Positions 27,200-42,500 of a stretch of DNA of 64,000 bases are shown here, piece after piece. The translations under genes and the position numbers were made by a program. The stretch is from Eledone cirrhosa. Taxonomy: Eukaryota. The stretch spans positions 85,374,001 to 85,438,000 of the forward strand of contig OZ024747.1 in NCBI GenBank assembly GCA_964016885.1, read 5' to 3'. How positions within the stretch are numbered: position 1 is the first letter of the stretch; each line of letters begins with the position of its first letter. Below the pieces are notes generated by a model that saw nothing but the letters and a program-made list of their open reading frames with translations, did no database searches and was not told the origin of the DNA.

Positions 27200-28903
27200 A
27201 TATCTAAGGCGGGTAAAATTCCCGAGATCCATGGACGAGTTCTCTCCAGCGGTCTCTGTCCCTCATTATCGCTGCCATGTCCTGCGTCTCCAACATACCA
27301 GTGTCTGTCCTTATGGCATCAACATACGTTAACCTTGGTCTTCCTCTTCTAGTGTGTCCATGTAGGGGCTCCCAAAGGAGCACTGAGTGCAATGTCAACT
27401 CTGGATGTCGGTGAGCATGTCCAGCTAACCTCAGTCTCCTCTGTGTCACTTTTGAGCTGACTTTTGGGATGATCCCATACAGCTCTGAGTTTTTCATTCT
27501 CAGTGTATACTGATTAATGTTCAGAATCATCCTCAGCATTCTCGTGTAGCACCCATCCACCATCTGAGTGAATCTCTTGGTCAGTGTCCAAGTCTCAGAC
27601 CCATACAGCAGCACAGACTCCACTACAGCAATGAAGAGGCGGATTTTCATGTCTCTACGAAGGTCCGACTTCCACACCGATCTCAAGCTGTGGCACGCCG
27701 CCCAGACCTTGCTCTTCCTCTCAACCACATCATCTTCCGTATTCCCAATCTTTGCTCCCAAATACAGGAAGCCCTCAACCAATCTAGCGGCTTCCCGCCT
27801 ACATTAGTGATCCCTCCTGGCTTCTCAACATTCTCTACCAGATATTTTGTTTTAGTCTCATTCATTCTCAGCCCCACACTCATCGACACAGTCTCAACCT
27901 CCCGCATCAAATCCTCTGCCTCACTCACTGTATTTGTCACCAAAACTATGTCGTCGGCAAATTCAGCATCCGATACCTTTTTCGCCCTAACCCTCCGGCT
28001 CTGAACCGGTCCTACAGTAAAGCCAGAGTCCTGGTGTTTCTCCAGTGCAAGGCGCATACAATAGTCCACTACGATGATAAAAAGGTAGGGAGCCAATGTA
28101 TCTCCCTGGAGCACTTCAGCCAGTATCTCAAAGGACTCTGTCATCCCATCAGGTGTAATGACTTGGGCTTTGGTGTTGGTGTAGAGCAGTGATATCAGGT
28201 CCACTATCTTCTTGGGGATTCCATAAGCCTGTAAGATCTTCATCAGGCAATAACGGTCCACAGAATCAAAGGCCTTCCTAAAGTCAACGAAAACCATGAC
28301 CGCAGGAAGGCACTTTGCTCTAGCCCCCTCTAACATCCTCCTCAGCATCAGGATGTGACTGGTGGTTGATCTACCCTCTCTGAAGCCGTTCTGGTTGTCC
28401 CTGAGCTTCTTCTCCTTCTCAGGCTGGATCCTGTTAAGAATCATCCTGTTGAGGGTCTTTGCCACAAGTGACGTCAGTGAGATCCCCCTGTAGTTGTTGG
28501 TGTTAGAGAGATCTCCCTTCTTTGGCACTGGGACGATGTTACTGATCCTCCACTGATTCGGGGCAACTCCTCTCTCCAGTGCCCCGTTACAGAACCCCAG
28601 GATGATATCATTAAAATCACACCTCTTCATCACCTCTGATGCCACTCCATCTTCTCCATGAGCCTTGCCCTCCTTGATCCTCTTTTTGGCTCTCTGAAGC
28701 TCCTCTCTGGTGAAGGGCTCTGTCTCAACATCCAGTTCCTCAAACAGCCGCCTGATCTCCCCAGTGCTCTGGGCTATGGCGGGTGGCTCTCCTAGTAGGG
28801 TTCTAAAATGGTCTAGCCATTTCCTCTTCCTATCCTCGGGCCCCGTTCCCTGGATCTGACTCGAACACCTTCTCTTTCTCCCTGTGATCTCGTTGATGAT
28901 CAT
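27200..28903 (-). mobile_element. 5'-truncated RTE-like LINE (RT and C-terminus), frameshifted
   Basis: NYRGISL, VDFRKAFDSV, VLQGDTLAPYLF, EFADD, SVLLYGSETW; (TA)n on both sides; close relative of 39560-42866. Confidence 0.95.
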
Positions 28904-28983
28904 ATATATATATATATATATACATATATATACATATATATATATGGCTGTTACAGGACCAGAACTGTTTCATTTATACATTT

Positions 28984-29029
<46 letters not shown>

Positions 29030-29155
29030 CAAAGAAAGTCTAGAAAGGAACCAGGTGGACCATAACGCACCAGAGTACTCGATACTTAGGGTAATAGAGT
29101 GGGTAATAGCTGTCGAAACGGCCGGAGCTCAGCCGTCGGGGTCCTGACTCTTTTC

Positions 29156-29193
<38 letters not shown>

Positions 29194-29265
29194 GCGGAAA
29201 AATGGATAATCGCTCGTGGGAATCGAACTCACATCAGCCTATATGCCAAAAAGTTGTGTTGTTAT

Positions 29266-29311
<46 letters not shown>

Positions 29312-29672
29312 AATTGTCGTAGAATGGTCGTGCATACACAGTGTGATGTGGTTGTGAATGTAAACATGGCTGTGATTAAGGATGTGCTTGTAATTGTTGT
29401 GGTTGTGCTTGTAGCACCCAATTCTAGGACAACGGTATTTCCAACGAGTAACAACCCTATCTTGATAGTAACACACCTCTCGTTCAAACAGCCTCTACAC
29501 AGTTTGTTGAGCTTCTCAAAGAAAGAAATGCCAAATCTTCCTCAAGTCAAATTACCCCAACCTTTTTAGAAAAAGGGATTGTTAACGTCGTTAGGGCTTC
29601 GAATGGAATATCACGTGGTCTTTGACCCGTCTTTCTGCACTCTGAGTTCAAATCCCACGAGGTCAACTTTAC

Positions 29673-29720
<48 letters not shown>

Positions 29721-29724
<4 letters not shown>

Positions 29725-30134
29725 ATATTAACAAATGGAAACTATATTTATAAAACGATATTTATTTTATTATACATATTTCAAGGGTCACCAAGGCAAA
29801 TTATGGTGCGCTTTCATCAGATAAAATACAATTCAGATTTGTTTTATAAATAAATATTGACATACCCGGAAAAAAGACAACCTTAACGGTTGGAGGTTAA
29901 TAATATTTATTTATAAAACATATCTGTATTTTATCTGATGAAAGCGCACCATAATTTGCCTTGGTTGCCCTTGAAATATAAATAATAAAATAAATATGGT
30001 TTTATAAATATAGTTTCCATTTATTAATATATTGTGTATTTACTCCACTAAATTGTTGAGTGCTTTATATCAGTTATAACATTTTTTAAAGTTTGTTGAA
30101 TCCGAATCCCAACAAATTAAATATAACCTCTGCA
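29721..30134. mobile_element. PLE pseudo-LTR family A as an inverted pair with two hammerheads (29763-29828 -, 29927-29992 +)
   Basis: Arms ~29721-29858 and ~29902-30034; tattttat CTGATGA aag..ctt GAAA..TA ataaaata on both strands. Confidence 0.8.
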
Positions 30135-30177
30135 TATATATATATATATATATATATATGCCAAAAACGTCTCTCCA

Positions 30178-30210
<33 letters not shown>

Positions 30211-30225
30211 GCCAAAAACGTCTCT

Positions 30226-30270
<45 letters not shown>

Positions 30271-30411
30271 TAAGTATGTTTTGAAACAGTGAGCGAGTTT
30301 GAAATTAGAAATTAGAAATATAAGCTTTCACCGTATTTTTGACTAAAGAAATTTTAGCCCGATAGTGGGGTTTATAACCCTCAGAGAAATGGAAAAAGAT
30401 GAGTATTGACG

Positions 30412-30443
<32 letters not shown>

Positions 30444-30509
30444 TTTATATATACACACATATTTATATATGTGGTGAATGTGTGTGTCTGTGTATCTGTA
30501 CATTCTTTG

Positions 30510-30780
30510 TTGGAGGAGTTAATTAATTCAAGTGGGAGTTACTTGTTCAACAAAACATTTAATATGTCATTAAACGTAAAGAGTGTAACTCTAACGAAGA
30601 TTATATAGGACAAACCAAACTCACTCTCAGAAACAGAATGACAATTCACCGCCAACAATTACGAGACCCCGCTACAAGATAGATATCACTTAGTGAGCAT
30701 TTAGATTTGTGTGCACTAAATAAGTCCCCCGAATTCCAGGTTTACCCATTGTACCGTTGTCCAGATAATGCCACAATCAC
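30510..30780 (+). pseudogene. PLE GIY-YIG endonuclease remnant
   Basis: EDYIGQTKLTLRNRMTIHRQQLRDPATR*ISLSEHLDLC..FQVYPLY. Confidence 0.75.
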
Positions 30781-31175
30781 GTGATGACGCTCTGTCTCTC
30801 ATATTATACTTTAAACTTGAGTCACTTTTCTGCATGACACTCGTTATTTTGGGGGCAAAATTACCAAAATATTCGACGTCAAATCATGTGATCTTCCTTA
30901 ACCTATCAAATTGACTTTAAACATATAGCAATCAGAGCCCCAGTTTTTACATAAATGTCAAAGAAATCCCCTACATCATTTTGATGAGAGTTACAAGTCG
31001 GCATAGCAACACGTCTCTCCATCTCTCTTAACTTTTGAAAATCATGAAACTTGTGGAATCGGTAAAGTTATAAATTAATGTAAATAAATCTTCTTAAAGA
31101 CTCCAATCGCATTTCAACTTATTCTTCCTACGTTTGGGATATACTAAAAACAATTACTTTCGAAGATGGCATGGT

Positions 31176-31269
<94 letters not shown>

Positions 31270-31433
31270 TGTAGTGTATATGAAAAACATCAAGAACTTC
31301 GATATAACACCATAGTTGCAAGCTGTCCCCGAATCGAATTTTCAATTTTCTATCTTCTATTTTTTTCTCTATGTCCTATTTTCCATTCTATGTTTGGGTT
31401 CAACGTAATCCTGTTACATAATCCTGCAAATAA

Positions 31434-31506
31434 CACCTGATGAAATCGCCTTGTCGTGCATCATAATCAGATGATAGAGCTGAGTCATCGAAATATATAT
31501 ATAGTG
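31434..31506 (+). ncRNA. Minimal hammerhead candidate
   Basis: cac CTGATGA ...catc GAAA tatatata TA gtg; stems I and II are weak. Confidence 0.5.
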
Positions 31507-31772
31507 CTTTCGTGGGATTAAAATTCTACATTAAATTTTCCAACCCGGCCTTCTGTTGTTTTAATCAGTACTTTACTCTGTTCCTGCACCAAACACTAGA
31601 TACCACATCTACGATGGATGACTTGCATACCGTTGAGTGCTTTAATTATTTTATTGCGTCATTCTTTACCAACCCAAATCACGAATTCTACCCATTGGTA
31701 AACAGCCTAACATGAATGATTTATATTTATATAAATATATATATATATGTGTGTGTGCGGGTGTGTATATTT

Positions 31773-31857
<85 letters not shown>

Positions 31858-31939
31858 CGCCTGCATACTCACACGCACGCTCATATATATTTACTGAAAG
31901 TAAATACTAGGCCATTCCAACCATACCATCATCAGAATT

Positions 31940-32140
31940 CCACCACTTCCTCTACCACCTCCTCCGCCACCTCTTCCACCACCTCCTCCCCAACCTCCTC
32001 TACCACCTCCTCCGCCACCTCTTCCACCACCTCCTCCCCAACCTCCTCTACCACCTCCTCCGCCACCTCTTCCACCACCTCCTCCCCCACCTCCTCCACC
32101 ACCTCCTCCACCACCTCCTCCACCACCTCCTTCACCATCT
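31940..32140. repeat. (CCA/CCT)-rich 12-bp-based minisatellite
   Basis: CCACCTCCTCCA variants; explains the poly-G, STTSS and EEVV ORFs. Confidence 0.9.
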
Positions 32141-32224
32141 CCTGATGGCGCTGATTCTAGGGGGCGCATTTATCCAAATCAACAACAATTTTGAAAAATA
32201 AATAAATAAATAAATTTCAGTTTT

Positions 32225-32728
32225 ATTGAGGGTCGTTTACAGTGCCCTAGATAATAGTAGATGAATCACTACCTCCTTGCATTGAGGGTCGTTTACAGTG
32301 CCCTAGATAATAGTAGATGAATCACTACCTCCTTGCATTGAGGGTCGTTTACAGTGCCCTAGATAATAGTAGATGAATCACTACCTCCTTGCATTGAGGG
32401 TCGTTTACAGTGCCCTAGATAATAGTAGATGAATCACTACCTCCTTGCATTGAGGGTCGTTTACAGTGCCCTAGATAATAGTAGATGAATCACTACCTCC
32501 TTGCATTGAGGGTCGTTTACAGTGCCCTAGATAATAGTAGATGAATCACTACCTCCTTGCATTGAGGGTCGTTTACAGTGCCCTAGATAATAGTAGATGA
32601 ATCACTACCTCCTTGCATTGAGGGTCGTTTACAGTGCCCTAGATAATAGTAGATGAATCACTACCTCCTTGCATTGAGGGTCGTTTACAGTGCCCTAGAT
32701 AATAGTAGATGAATCACTACCTCCTTGC
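32225..32728. repeat. Nine identical 56-bp tandem units
   Basis: ATTGAGGGTCGTTTACAGTGCCCTAGATAATAGTAGATGAATCACTACCTCCTTGC at 32225, 32281 through 32673. Confidence 0.97.
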
Positions 32729-33571
32729 GGACAACTGACGCTGCACACCAGGTCCGAACACAGAAGTGGCGAAGTCCCATTATCATTGCCTCCATCTCTC
32801 TCGCCCTCCCCATCTCTCATGTACACCAGGTCCGAACACAGAAGAGCCGAAGTCCCAGTCATCCCTCTATCTCTTTCGCCCTCCCCGTTTCTCTCTATTA
32901 TCAACAAATGGGGTCCCACGTGCTGGCCGCCCCACAGCCCCGGCGGATAGGATGGAGTAGTTTCTCCGGAGGATGGTAAGGGAGATGCGTTTATTTCATA
33001 CAGTGACAAATAAATGTTGAAAAAACTATAGCAAAACTGTGACTGGCGTTTCACTTGCTACGCTGTGTGTGTGTTTGTGTAAATATATGTGTGTGAATGT
33101 ATATCTGTAAATGTGTCTGTGTTTGTGCGTTTATATTTATATACTCATACATATAAATGTAAGCATATGCATACACACACGCACAAACTTCTTTTTTAAA
33201 TTTATTGTTTATAAATGTTGAAATTAATATTTTCTGGGGAGGGGGCACCAGAATCTAAACTTACCTAGGTTGCCAGATAGTCTGGTATCGGCCCTCTACA
33301 TACATACACTATCTAAACATCTACATACATTTATGCGCACGTGTAAATGCACCTTCACGCATATATATGTATACATATTCTCACAACCCACGCATGCGTG
33401 AAGACATATATCCTATAATACTTCTGCTCTTTTTCATTGGACACTGTATGGTAGATATTTTATGGGAGACCTCAGGGTAGAACAGCGGGGAACATACCAT
33501 AGTTGATCAGGCAGAAAAAGTGAGGAAACTGACAGCAGCAGAAATACCACATTTACTCATATCTATCACAA

Positions 33572-33624
<53 letters not shown>

Positions 33625-33625
<1 letters not shown>

Positions 33626-33900
33626 AATGGCCCGAGTGATTGGGCCTTCTCTGTTTATAAGCCTGTAGGTTGAGGAAGAGAGCAAAAGGAAGAAAGGAGC
33701 ACTTGCACAACACGCTCCTTGAGTTGAGGGTTGTTCTATCGACGGGGTATTAAACAACCCATTTGTGGCGCCTCCCCCCTATTGGGGATTTCGATTGTTG
33801 AAATTGTTTGTTTTTATATTTTTTACACGACTGTATGTAAAATCCCCGCATGCCTTTGTATTGTCCCCTTTCTTGTTGCGCCCTTGTGGCTAATAAAGAA

Positions 33901-33957
<57 letters not shown>

Positions 33958-34235
33958 AATGGCCCGAGTGATTGGGCCTTCTCTGTTTATAAGCCTGTAG
34001 GTTGAGGAAGAGAGCAAAAGGAAGAAAGGAGCACTTGCACAACACGCTCCTGGAGTTGAGGGTTGTTCTATCGACGGGGTATTAAACAACCCATTTGTGG
34101 CGCCTCCCCCCTATTGGGGATTTCGATTGTTGAAATTGTTTGTTTTTATATTTTTTACACGACTGTATGTAAAATCCCCGGCATGTCGTTGTATTGTCCC
34201 CTTTTCTTGTTGCGCCCTTGTGGCTAATAAAGAAA
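33625..34235 (+). mobile_element. Two tandem Tx1-like 3' ends (subfamily B) separated by (ATCT)n
   Basis: Both start AAATGGCCCGAGTGATTGGG (~33625, ~33957) and end GGCTAATAAAGAA followed by (ATCT)n. Confidence 0.88.
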
Positions 34236-34258
34236 TCTATCTATCTATCTATCTATCT

Positions 34259-36115
34259 ACCCGGATGCGGTGTTCAGGGGCTGGATTGCTGCAATGCACA
34301 ACAGCAACATCTGCTCAAGGGTCAAGGTGAACGGCTACCTCTCGGAGCCGTTCCATATTACGCGATCCATTCGACAGGGATGCCCTCTCTCCTCCCTTCT
34401 GTACGTACTGACTCTCGAGCCACTACTGCGGAAGTTGGAGCTATTGCAGGGCATCCCTCTGGAACCGGGACTGCGGAAAGCGGCGTCGGCCTACGCCGAC
34501 GACGTGACAGTAATGGTGTCGACCGCCTCGCAAATCGAGGAAGTCGGCACCTTACTGAAGGAATACGAAAGTTTCACAGGAGCGAAGCTGAACCGGGACA
34601 AGTCCATCGGTTTGCAACTCGGATCGTGGAGAGGCAAACCGATGCCTTCCGATGGCGTCGTCGGACGCTGGACGGAAGGACCGGTAAAGCTGTTCGGGGT
34701 CTGGTTTGGTCCGGACCTCCAGGTGGAGAAGAACTGGAACGAAGTGACGGCCAGGTGTTTGCACTCACCCAGAAGTGGGCCGAGTGCAAACTATCCTTGA
34801 AAGGTCGAGCGGAGGTGGCGAACACTTTTATAGCGTCCGCCATCTACTACCGCTTGACCGTCGTGCCTTGTCCAGCCAAAACGCTCGCCAAAATGGAACG
34901 CGCGCTCTTCCAATTCCTTTGGAAGAGGCGGGCTCCTTTGGTGAGAAGATCCATCTGCTGCCAACACCCTTCTAACGGAGGGCTGGGGGTGCCGTGGTTG
35001 ACGATGCGCAAACACGCGCTCAGGCTGCGGCATCCCTACGTATTCTTCACCGGACAACCGGTGTGGGCCCCGTTCGTGAGGCGAGCCTTCCCACGACTCG
35101 TCTCGCTGACCGAGCTGCAGTCCTGGGTCAAGCAAAGACCGAGGTAAATGGACGACTGGCACATCGAATGTGCTCAGGCGCTCACAGCCCTCTGGCAGGC
35201 GGACCCGGCGATCAGTGGAGACTCCACTTCGTCATTCTATAGCGGGTTCGTCCGCAGCAAGTGCGACGACGCGCTCGGAGAAACTCTGGGCGTAGAGGAA
35301 GATGAAATGGCCAGTCTGTTCGGTAGGACCTTCCGCCCGGGACCGATGGACAACTTCCAAAAGTCCCTGGCCTGGCAGTGCTACCGAGGAGCTCTACCAG
35401 TTCGAGACAAGCTCTACAGACATGGGCGCCCGGGCAGGGACCCTGCAAAAAAGATCTGTCCGAGGTGCGTGCGAGACGAAGAAACCGTCGCGCACGCATT
35501 CATACACTGCCCGGGCGTCACTGACCTGTGGGGTTATGTAGAACGACTATTGTCGCGGGTGGGACCAATCCAGTTGACCACCGAGTCCATTGTTATGATC
35601 AAACCGCCACCCTCCTTCAAAAACGAAGGAGAGGAGGTTTTCCTTTGTGTGATAGCTATGGCGAAAGAGGTTGTATGGTGGACAAGGTTGAAAGGGCTGA
35701 GGTCAGACACCTTTCTCTCCGGCCAACAACTGATTCTTTTTTTCAAATACCACTTTGGAAGAAGAATCAGGATGGAGAGAGAGGTGCTGTACCCCAGCAA
35801 GTTTTATGAAAGGTGGGTGAAAGTGGCGAGAATGGCCCGAGTGAATGGGCCTTCTCTCTATATCAGCCTGTAGGTTGAGGAAAAGGAGGAGGAGAGGAAA
35901 GGAGTACAAACTCTTCGTACTCCTGGATATGAGGGTTGCACATTTTTTTTCGGGGGTATGTGTTACCCATATAAACTGTCTCCCTCTATTGGGGAAAATC
36001 GACTAATTTTTTAAATTCCATTTGTGATAACATTTTACACGTTTTTATTGTATGTAAACTTCCCCCTTTGTATTTGTCCCCTTCTTTTGTGCCCCTGTGG
36101 CTAATAAAGAAACAT
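34259..36115 (+). mobile_element. 5'-truncated Tx1/L1-clade LINE ORF2 (RT to zinc finger), disrupted
   Basis: SIRQGCPLSSLLYVLTLEPL, SAYADDV, LSLKGRA, GGLGVP, CPRC..H...HC. Frameshift at ~34760 and stop at 35147. Confidence 0.95.
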
Positions 36116-36139
36116 ATCTATCTATATATATATATATGG

Positions 36140-36880
36140 TAGACCCGTCTGAAAGGACGGAGGTCAGACACCTTTCTCTCTGGCCAACAACTGGTCCATT
36201 TCTTCCGATATCATTTCGGAAGAAGGATCAGGATGGAGAGAGAGGTGCTGCACCCCAGCCGTTTCTATGAAAGATGGGTGAAAGTGGCGAGAATGGCCCG
36301 TGTGAATGGGCCTTCACTCTACATCAGACTGTAGGTGAGAAAGATGAAAGATCATGGGAGCACCCTCTCTCTGTGCTCCTGAGGAGAAGGGTTGCACACT
36401 TTTTTCAGGGGTGTGTGCGAGCCCCCAAAGCGCCTCCTCCCTATTGAGGATTTTGGTATTCAATTTATTTTTGTTATATTTTATATTTTATATTTTTATA
36501 TTTTGTTATTGCCTCCTCCTTAGTGAGGACGCCTTTATATGTAAACTCCCCCCATTGTACTTGTCCCACTCTTTGATGCCCTGGTGGCAAATAAAAAGAA
36601 AGTTATCTATCTATCTATCTATCTATCTATATATATATAGATAGATAGATAGATATATATATATATATCAGCCTGTAGGTTGAGGAAAAAGAGGAAGAGA
36701 GGAAAGGGGTACAAACTCTTCGTATTCCTGGAGATGAGGGTTGCACATATTTTCGGGGGTATGTGTTACCCATATGAAATGTCTCCCCCTATTGGGGGGA
36801 AAATCGACTAATTGTATGTAAACTTCCCCCTTTGTATTTGTCCCCTTCTTTTGTGCCCCTGTGGCTAATAAAGAAACATA
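36140..36880 (+). mobile_element. Two further Tx1-like 3' ends (diverged subfamily C 36140-36603; subfamily A 36666-36880)
   Basis: Same ORF2 terminus (REVLHPSRFYERWVKVARMAR) with a different UTR; ATCT-type tails. Confidence 0.85.
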
Positions 36881-36899
36881 TCTATATAAATATCTATCT

Positions 36900-36967
<68 letters not shown>

Positions 36968-36975
36968 CAGAATTG

Positions 36976-37072
36976 AGACGTATCTGAAGAACTTGCGATT
37001 TCAGAGTCAGGTTCGATCATCGCAACAATCGTGCCTCGAGCTGGTCGCCAGAGAAACGATTGTAATATGTCT
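36976..37072 (+). ncRNA. Type I hammerhead with enlarged stem II
   Basis: agacgtat CTGAAGA ac ttgcgat..atcgcaa..aga GAAA cgattg TA atatgtct. Confidence 0.7.
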
Positions 37073-37115
37073 AATACATTCTAATTCGTCGCACCACTGA
37101 TTCTCCGTTTCTTAT

Positions 37116-37198
<83 letters not shown>

Positions 37199-37594
37199 TG
37201 GCTGCCAACTCGTTTTCGAGTACGGCCACTACTTTATATCCATGTGGGAGAACTCCTACCGATGCGCTGAACGAGTGTGACTTTTTAGTCCAGCCAGCGA
37301 CTTGAAAACTCTGGTACAAACACTACACTTGTGACAATTATTGACACATAGTGCTGGGCCCATGGTACCATGTGACGACAAGTGCAGAGAGATCTCCAGA
37401 TATAAAGCAATGCCTGTGCCGTGAAGCTTTTATAGTGAGCAAAAGCACTGCACAAAGCCATTCCCACTCTCTTAACCAAGATGATATTTACCAAAAAGAA
37501 GAACAAGTCAACATCATTGGATACCATCAGGGTTGCAGATGTTATATCAGAGTTTTCCTTCTCCTAGAATTCTGCCTTGACAAAGGCTAAGGGG

Positions 37595-37630
<36 letters not shown>

Positions 37631-37749
37631 AGGTGTATTATTGGTTGTGTAAAACGGTCCAATAAATTTATGTTAGCAATATTAAGTTCTCCACGCTTTT
37701 GTATATCTCCAATTCCATTCAAGGGAGCAGCTAGATGATTAAAACGGAG

Positions 37750-39143
<1,394 letters not shown>

Positions 39144-39252
39144 CATATATATACATACATACACACATACACACACATATATATAAATAAATAGATAAAT
39201 ATATACACATTGGGAACAAACAACACAGCTGGCTCTATAGGATGGCAATATG

Positions 39253-39321
<69 letters not shown>

Positions 39322-39434
39322 GCTTTCTGATGAAGTGTAATAAATAATCAAGTACAGCATATAATTGAACAATATATATATTGTAGTCAGCATATGTAGA
39401 CTATTATAACAGACACAGAAACATATGTTAAAGC
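39322..39434 (+). ncRNA. Type I hammerhead with long stem II insert
   Basis: gcttt CTGATGA agtgt [~75 nt] acac a GAAA catatg TT aaagc. Confidence 0.6.
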
Positions 39435-39496
39435 AAATACATTCATAATCTCTTCACGCCGACGTTTTATTTATTTATTTTTTGGTGCAATACTTG

Positions 39497-39559
<63 letters not shown>

Positions 39560-42500
39560 AGTCCTGGGTTTGACATTAAACTACATCCAGTGGCAAGGCT
39601 CCAGTTCGGGAGTTCAGGAGTTGTGGGGAATGTGGAGTTACCCCTTAGTTGTTATGACTCCCAGGTCTGCCCTGGCCCGGGGTGGTAGTACCTGTTAGGG
39701 CTCCATTTATGGGTTAAATAACTACCTTATTCGAGTGGCGCCGGTAAGGTATTGTCAGCCATTGAAAAGAAATATGGAGAGTCGATCTAACAGCACTAGG
39801 GTTAGAGCCCCTAATTACACTGTCAAGGAGCAGCCTGGTCGTTATGACTCTGCTGGCTTAGAGCCACAGAGAGGGCCAGTGGATGATGGATCAGCTGTCT
39901 CTGAGACAAATATAAAGAATGCAGTTTTGTCCTGCAGAAGAGCCATCAAAATGGGCACTTTGAATGTGAGGACTATTCGGACGCTGGAGAAGAGAGAGGA
40001 GTTGGGACATCTGTTCGAGGAGAGTGGTATACAGATACTTGCGATCCAAGAACACTGGATCCTACACGATGAGCCCGTGAGGAGTGTGATGATCGGGAAG
40101 AGGAGCCAGCTCATCACCACATCGGCAGTGAGGAACATGACCAATGCTGCAGTGGGAGGAGGAGGTTTTGTTTTCAGTGCAAAAACCAATCTGTTGGTGA
40201 GGGAAATAATGCCTATCTCCCCGCAAGTGTTGAGGGTGACCTTCAATGGAAACCCAAGACTGACAGTCATCTCAGCCTATAGTCCAACTGAGGGGGACAG
40301 TGATGTGAGTGCGGAAGAGTTCCATGAGGAGGTGTATAGAGCTGTCAATACCACTCAGGCACACAATATCCTGCTTGTTTTGCGGGACTTCAATGCACAT
40401 CTGAGTAAGGAGGGCAGTGAGGATCCTTGCTGGTACTTCCATAACAACACCAACCGAAATGGAAGACTACTGAGAGACACTCTGCTGGAGACGAACTTGA
40501 TGACGACCAACCTAAGGTTTAGGAAGAATCTGGGGAAGATGTGGACCTACATCTCAGACATGCACCTGTCAAAGTCCCAGATTGATTTCATTCTGGTGAG
40601 GAAAAAGTGGCGGAATAGTGTTCTGAACACAGAGCCATACAACTATTTCAGTACACTGGGTAGTGACCACCGGCTTGTTATGAGTGAGGTCCGGGTGAGC
40701 TTAAGAAAGAGCAAGGCTCGGCGCCGGAGAGCAATCTATGACTGGGGAGCTTTCAAGGAAGATGATAAGCTACAGGAGAGGTTCACAGTGGAAGTGAGAA
40801 ACAGGTTTAGTGCTCTGTGTGGAGAGTCAGAGGAGAGAGAGATTGGATGGACTGGGGAGAGTGTGACGAGGAGGTACGGGAACTTCACCAATACAGTGGC
40901 GGAAGCAAGTGAAACCCTGGTGCCGAGGAAAAAGAACAAAGGGAAGCACGTCAGCTCTGCAAACCCAAAAGTGTGTGCAGCCAGAGAACACCTGAAAGCT
41001 GCCAAGGACCAATTCTATGCTGATCCTACGGAGGAGAGGATGGAGACTGTGGAGGTGATGAGGGAAGAGCTCTGTACCGCTTACACTGAGGTCAGAGAGG
41101 AGGCACTGATAGAGAAGATCAGAAGTGTGAAGAGAGCGGTTGACAGATCTGGATGTAAGGAGAGCTGGATGATCATCAACAAGATCACAGGGAGGAAGAG
41201 AAGGTGTTCGAGTCAGATCCAGGGAACGGGGCCCGAGGATAGGAAGAGGAAATGGCTAGACCATTTTAGGACCCTACTAGGAGAGCCACCTTCCATAGCC
41301 CAGAGCACTGGGGAGATCAGGCGGCTGTTTGAGGAACTGGATGTTGAGACAGAGCCCTTCACCAGAGAGGAGCTTCAGAGAGCCAAGAAGAGGATCAAGG
41401 AGGGCAAGGCTCAGGGAGAAGATGGAGTGGCATCAGAGGTGATGAAGAAGTGTGATTTTGATGATATCATCCTGGGGTTCTGTAACGGGGCACTGGAGAA
41501 AGGAGTTACCCCGAATCAGTGGAGGATCAGTAACATCGTCCCAGTGCCAGAGAAGGGAGATCTCTCTAACACCAACAACTACAGGGGGATCTCACTGACG
41601 TCACTTGTGGCAAAGACCCTCAACAGGATGATTCTTAACAGGATCCAGCCTGAGATGGAGAAGAAGCTCAGGGACAACCAGAACGGCTTCAGAGAGGGTA
41701 GATCAACCACCAGTCACATCCTGATGCTGATGAGGATATTAGAGGGAGCTAGAGCAAAGTGCCTTCCTGCGGTCATGGTTTTCATTGACTTTAGGAAGGC
41801 CTTTGATTCTGTGGACCGTTACTGTCTGATGAAGATCTTACAGGCTTATGGAATCCCCAAGAAAATAGTGGACCTGATATCACTGCTCTACACCAACACC
41901 AAAGCCCAAGTCATTACACCTGATGGGATGACAGAGTTCTTTGAGATACTGGCTGGAGTGCTCCAGGAAGATACATTGGCTCCCTACCTTTTTATCATCG
42001 TAGTGGACTATTGTATGCGCCTTGCACTGGAGAAACACGAGGACTCTGGCTTTACTGTAGCACCGGCTCAGAGCAGGAGAGTTAGGGCGAAAAAGGTATC
42101 GGATGCTGAATTTGCCGACGACATAGTTTTGGTGACAAATACAGTGAAGGGGGCAGAGGATTTGATGCGGGAGGTTGAGACTGTGTCGATGAGTGTGGGG
42201 CTGAGAATGAGACTAAAACAAAATATCTGGTAGAGAATGTTGAGAAGCCAGAGGGGATCACTAATGTAGGCGGGAAGCCGCTAGAATTGGTTGAGGGCTT
42301 CATGTATTTGGGAGCAAAGATTGGGAATACGGAAGATGATGTGGTTGAGAGAAAGAGCAAGGCCTGGGCGGCGTGCCACAGCTTGAGATCGGTGTGGAAG
42401 TCGAACCTTCGTAGAGACCTGAAAATCCGCCTCTTCATTGCTGTAGTGGAGTCTGTGCTGCTGTATGGGTCTGAGACTTGGACACTGACCAAGAAACTCA

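Noticed and set aside
31747-32169. Mucin-like, glycine-rich or acidic protein ORFs
   Set aside because: All frames derive from one CCA/CCT minisatellite next to (CA)n, with no splice or start support.
32225-32728. CRISPR-like array
   Set aside because: Units are contiguous and identical with no unique spacers, there are no cas genes, and the context is eukaryotic.
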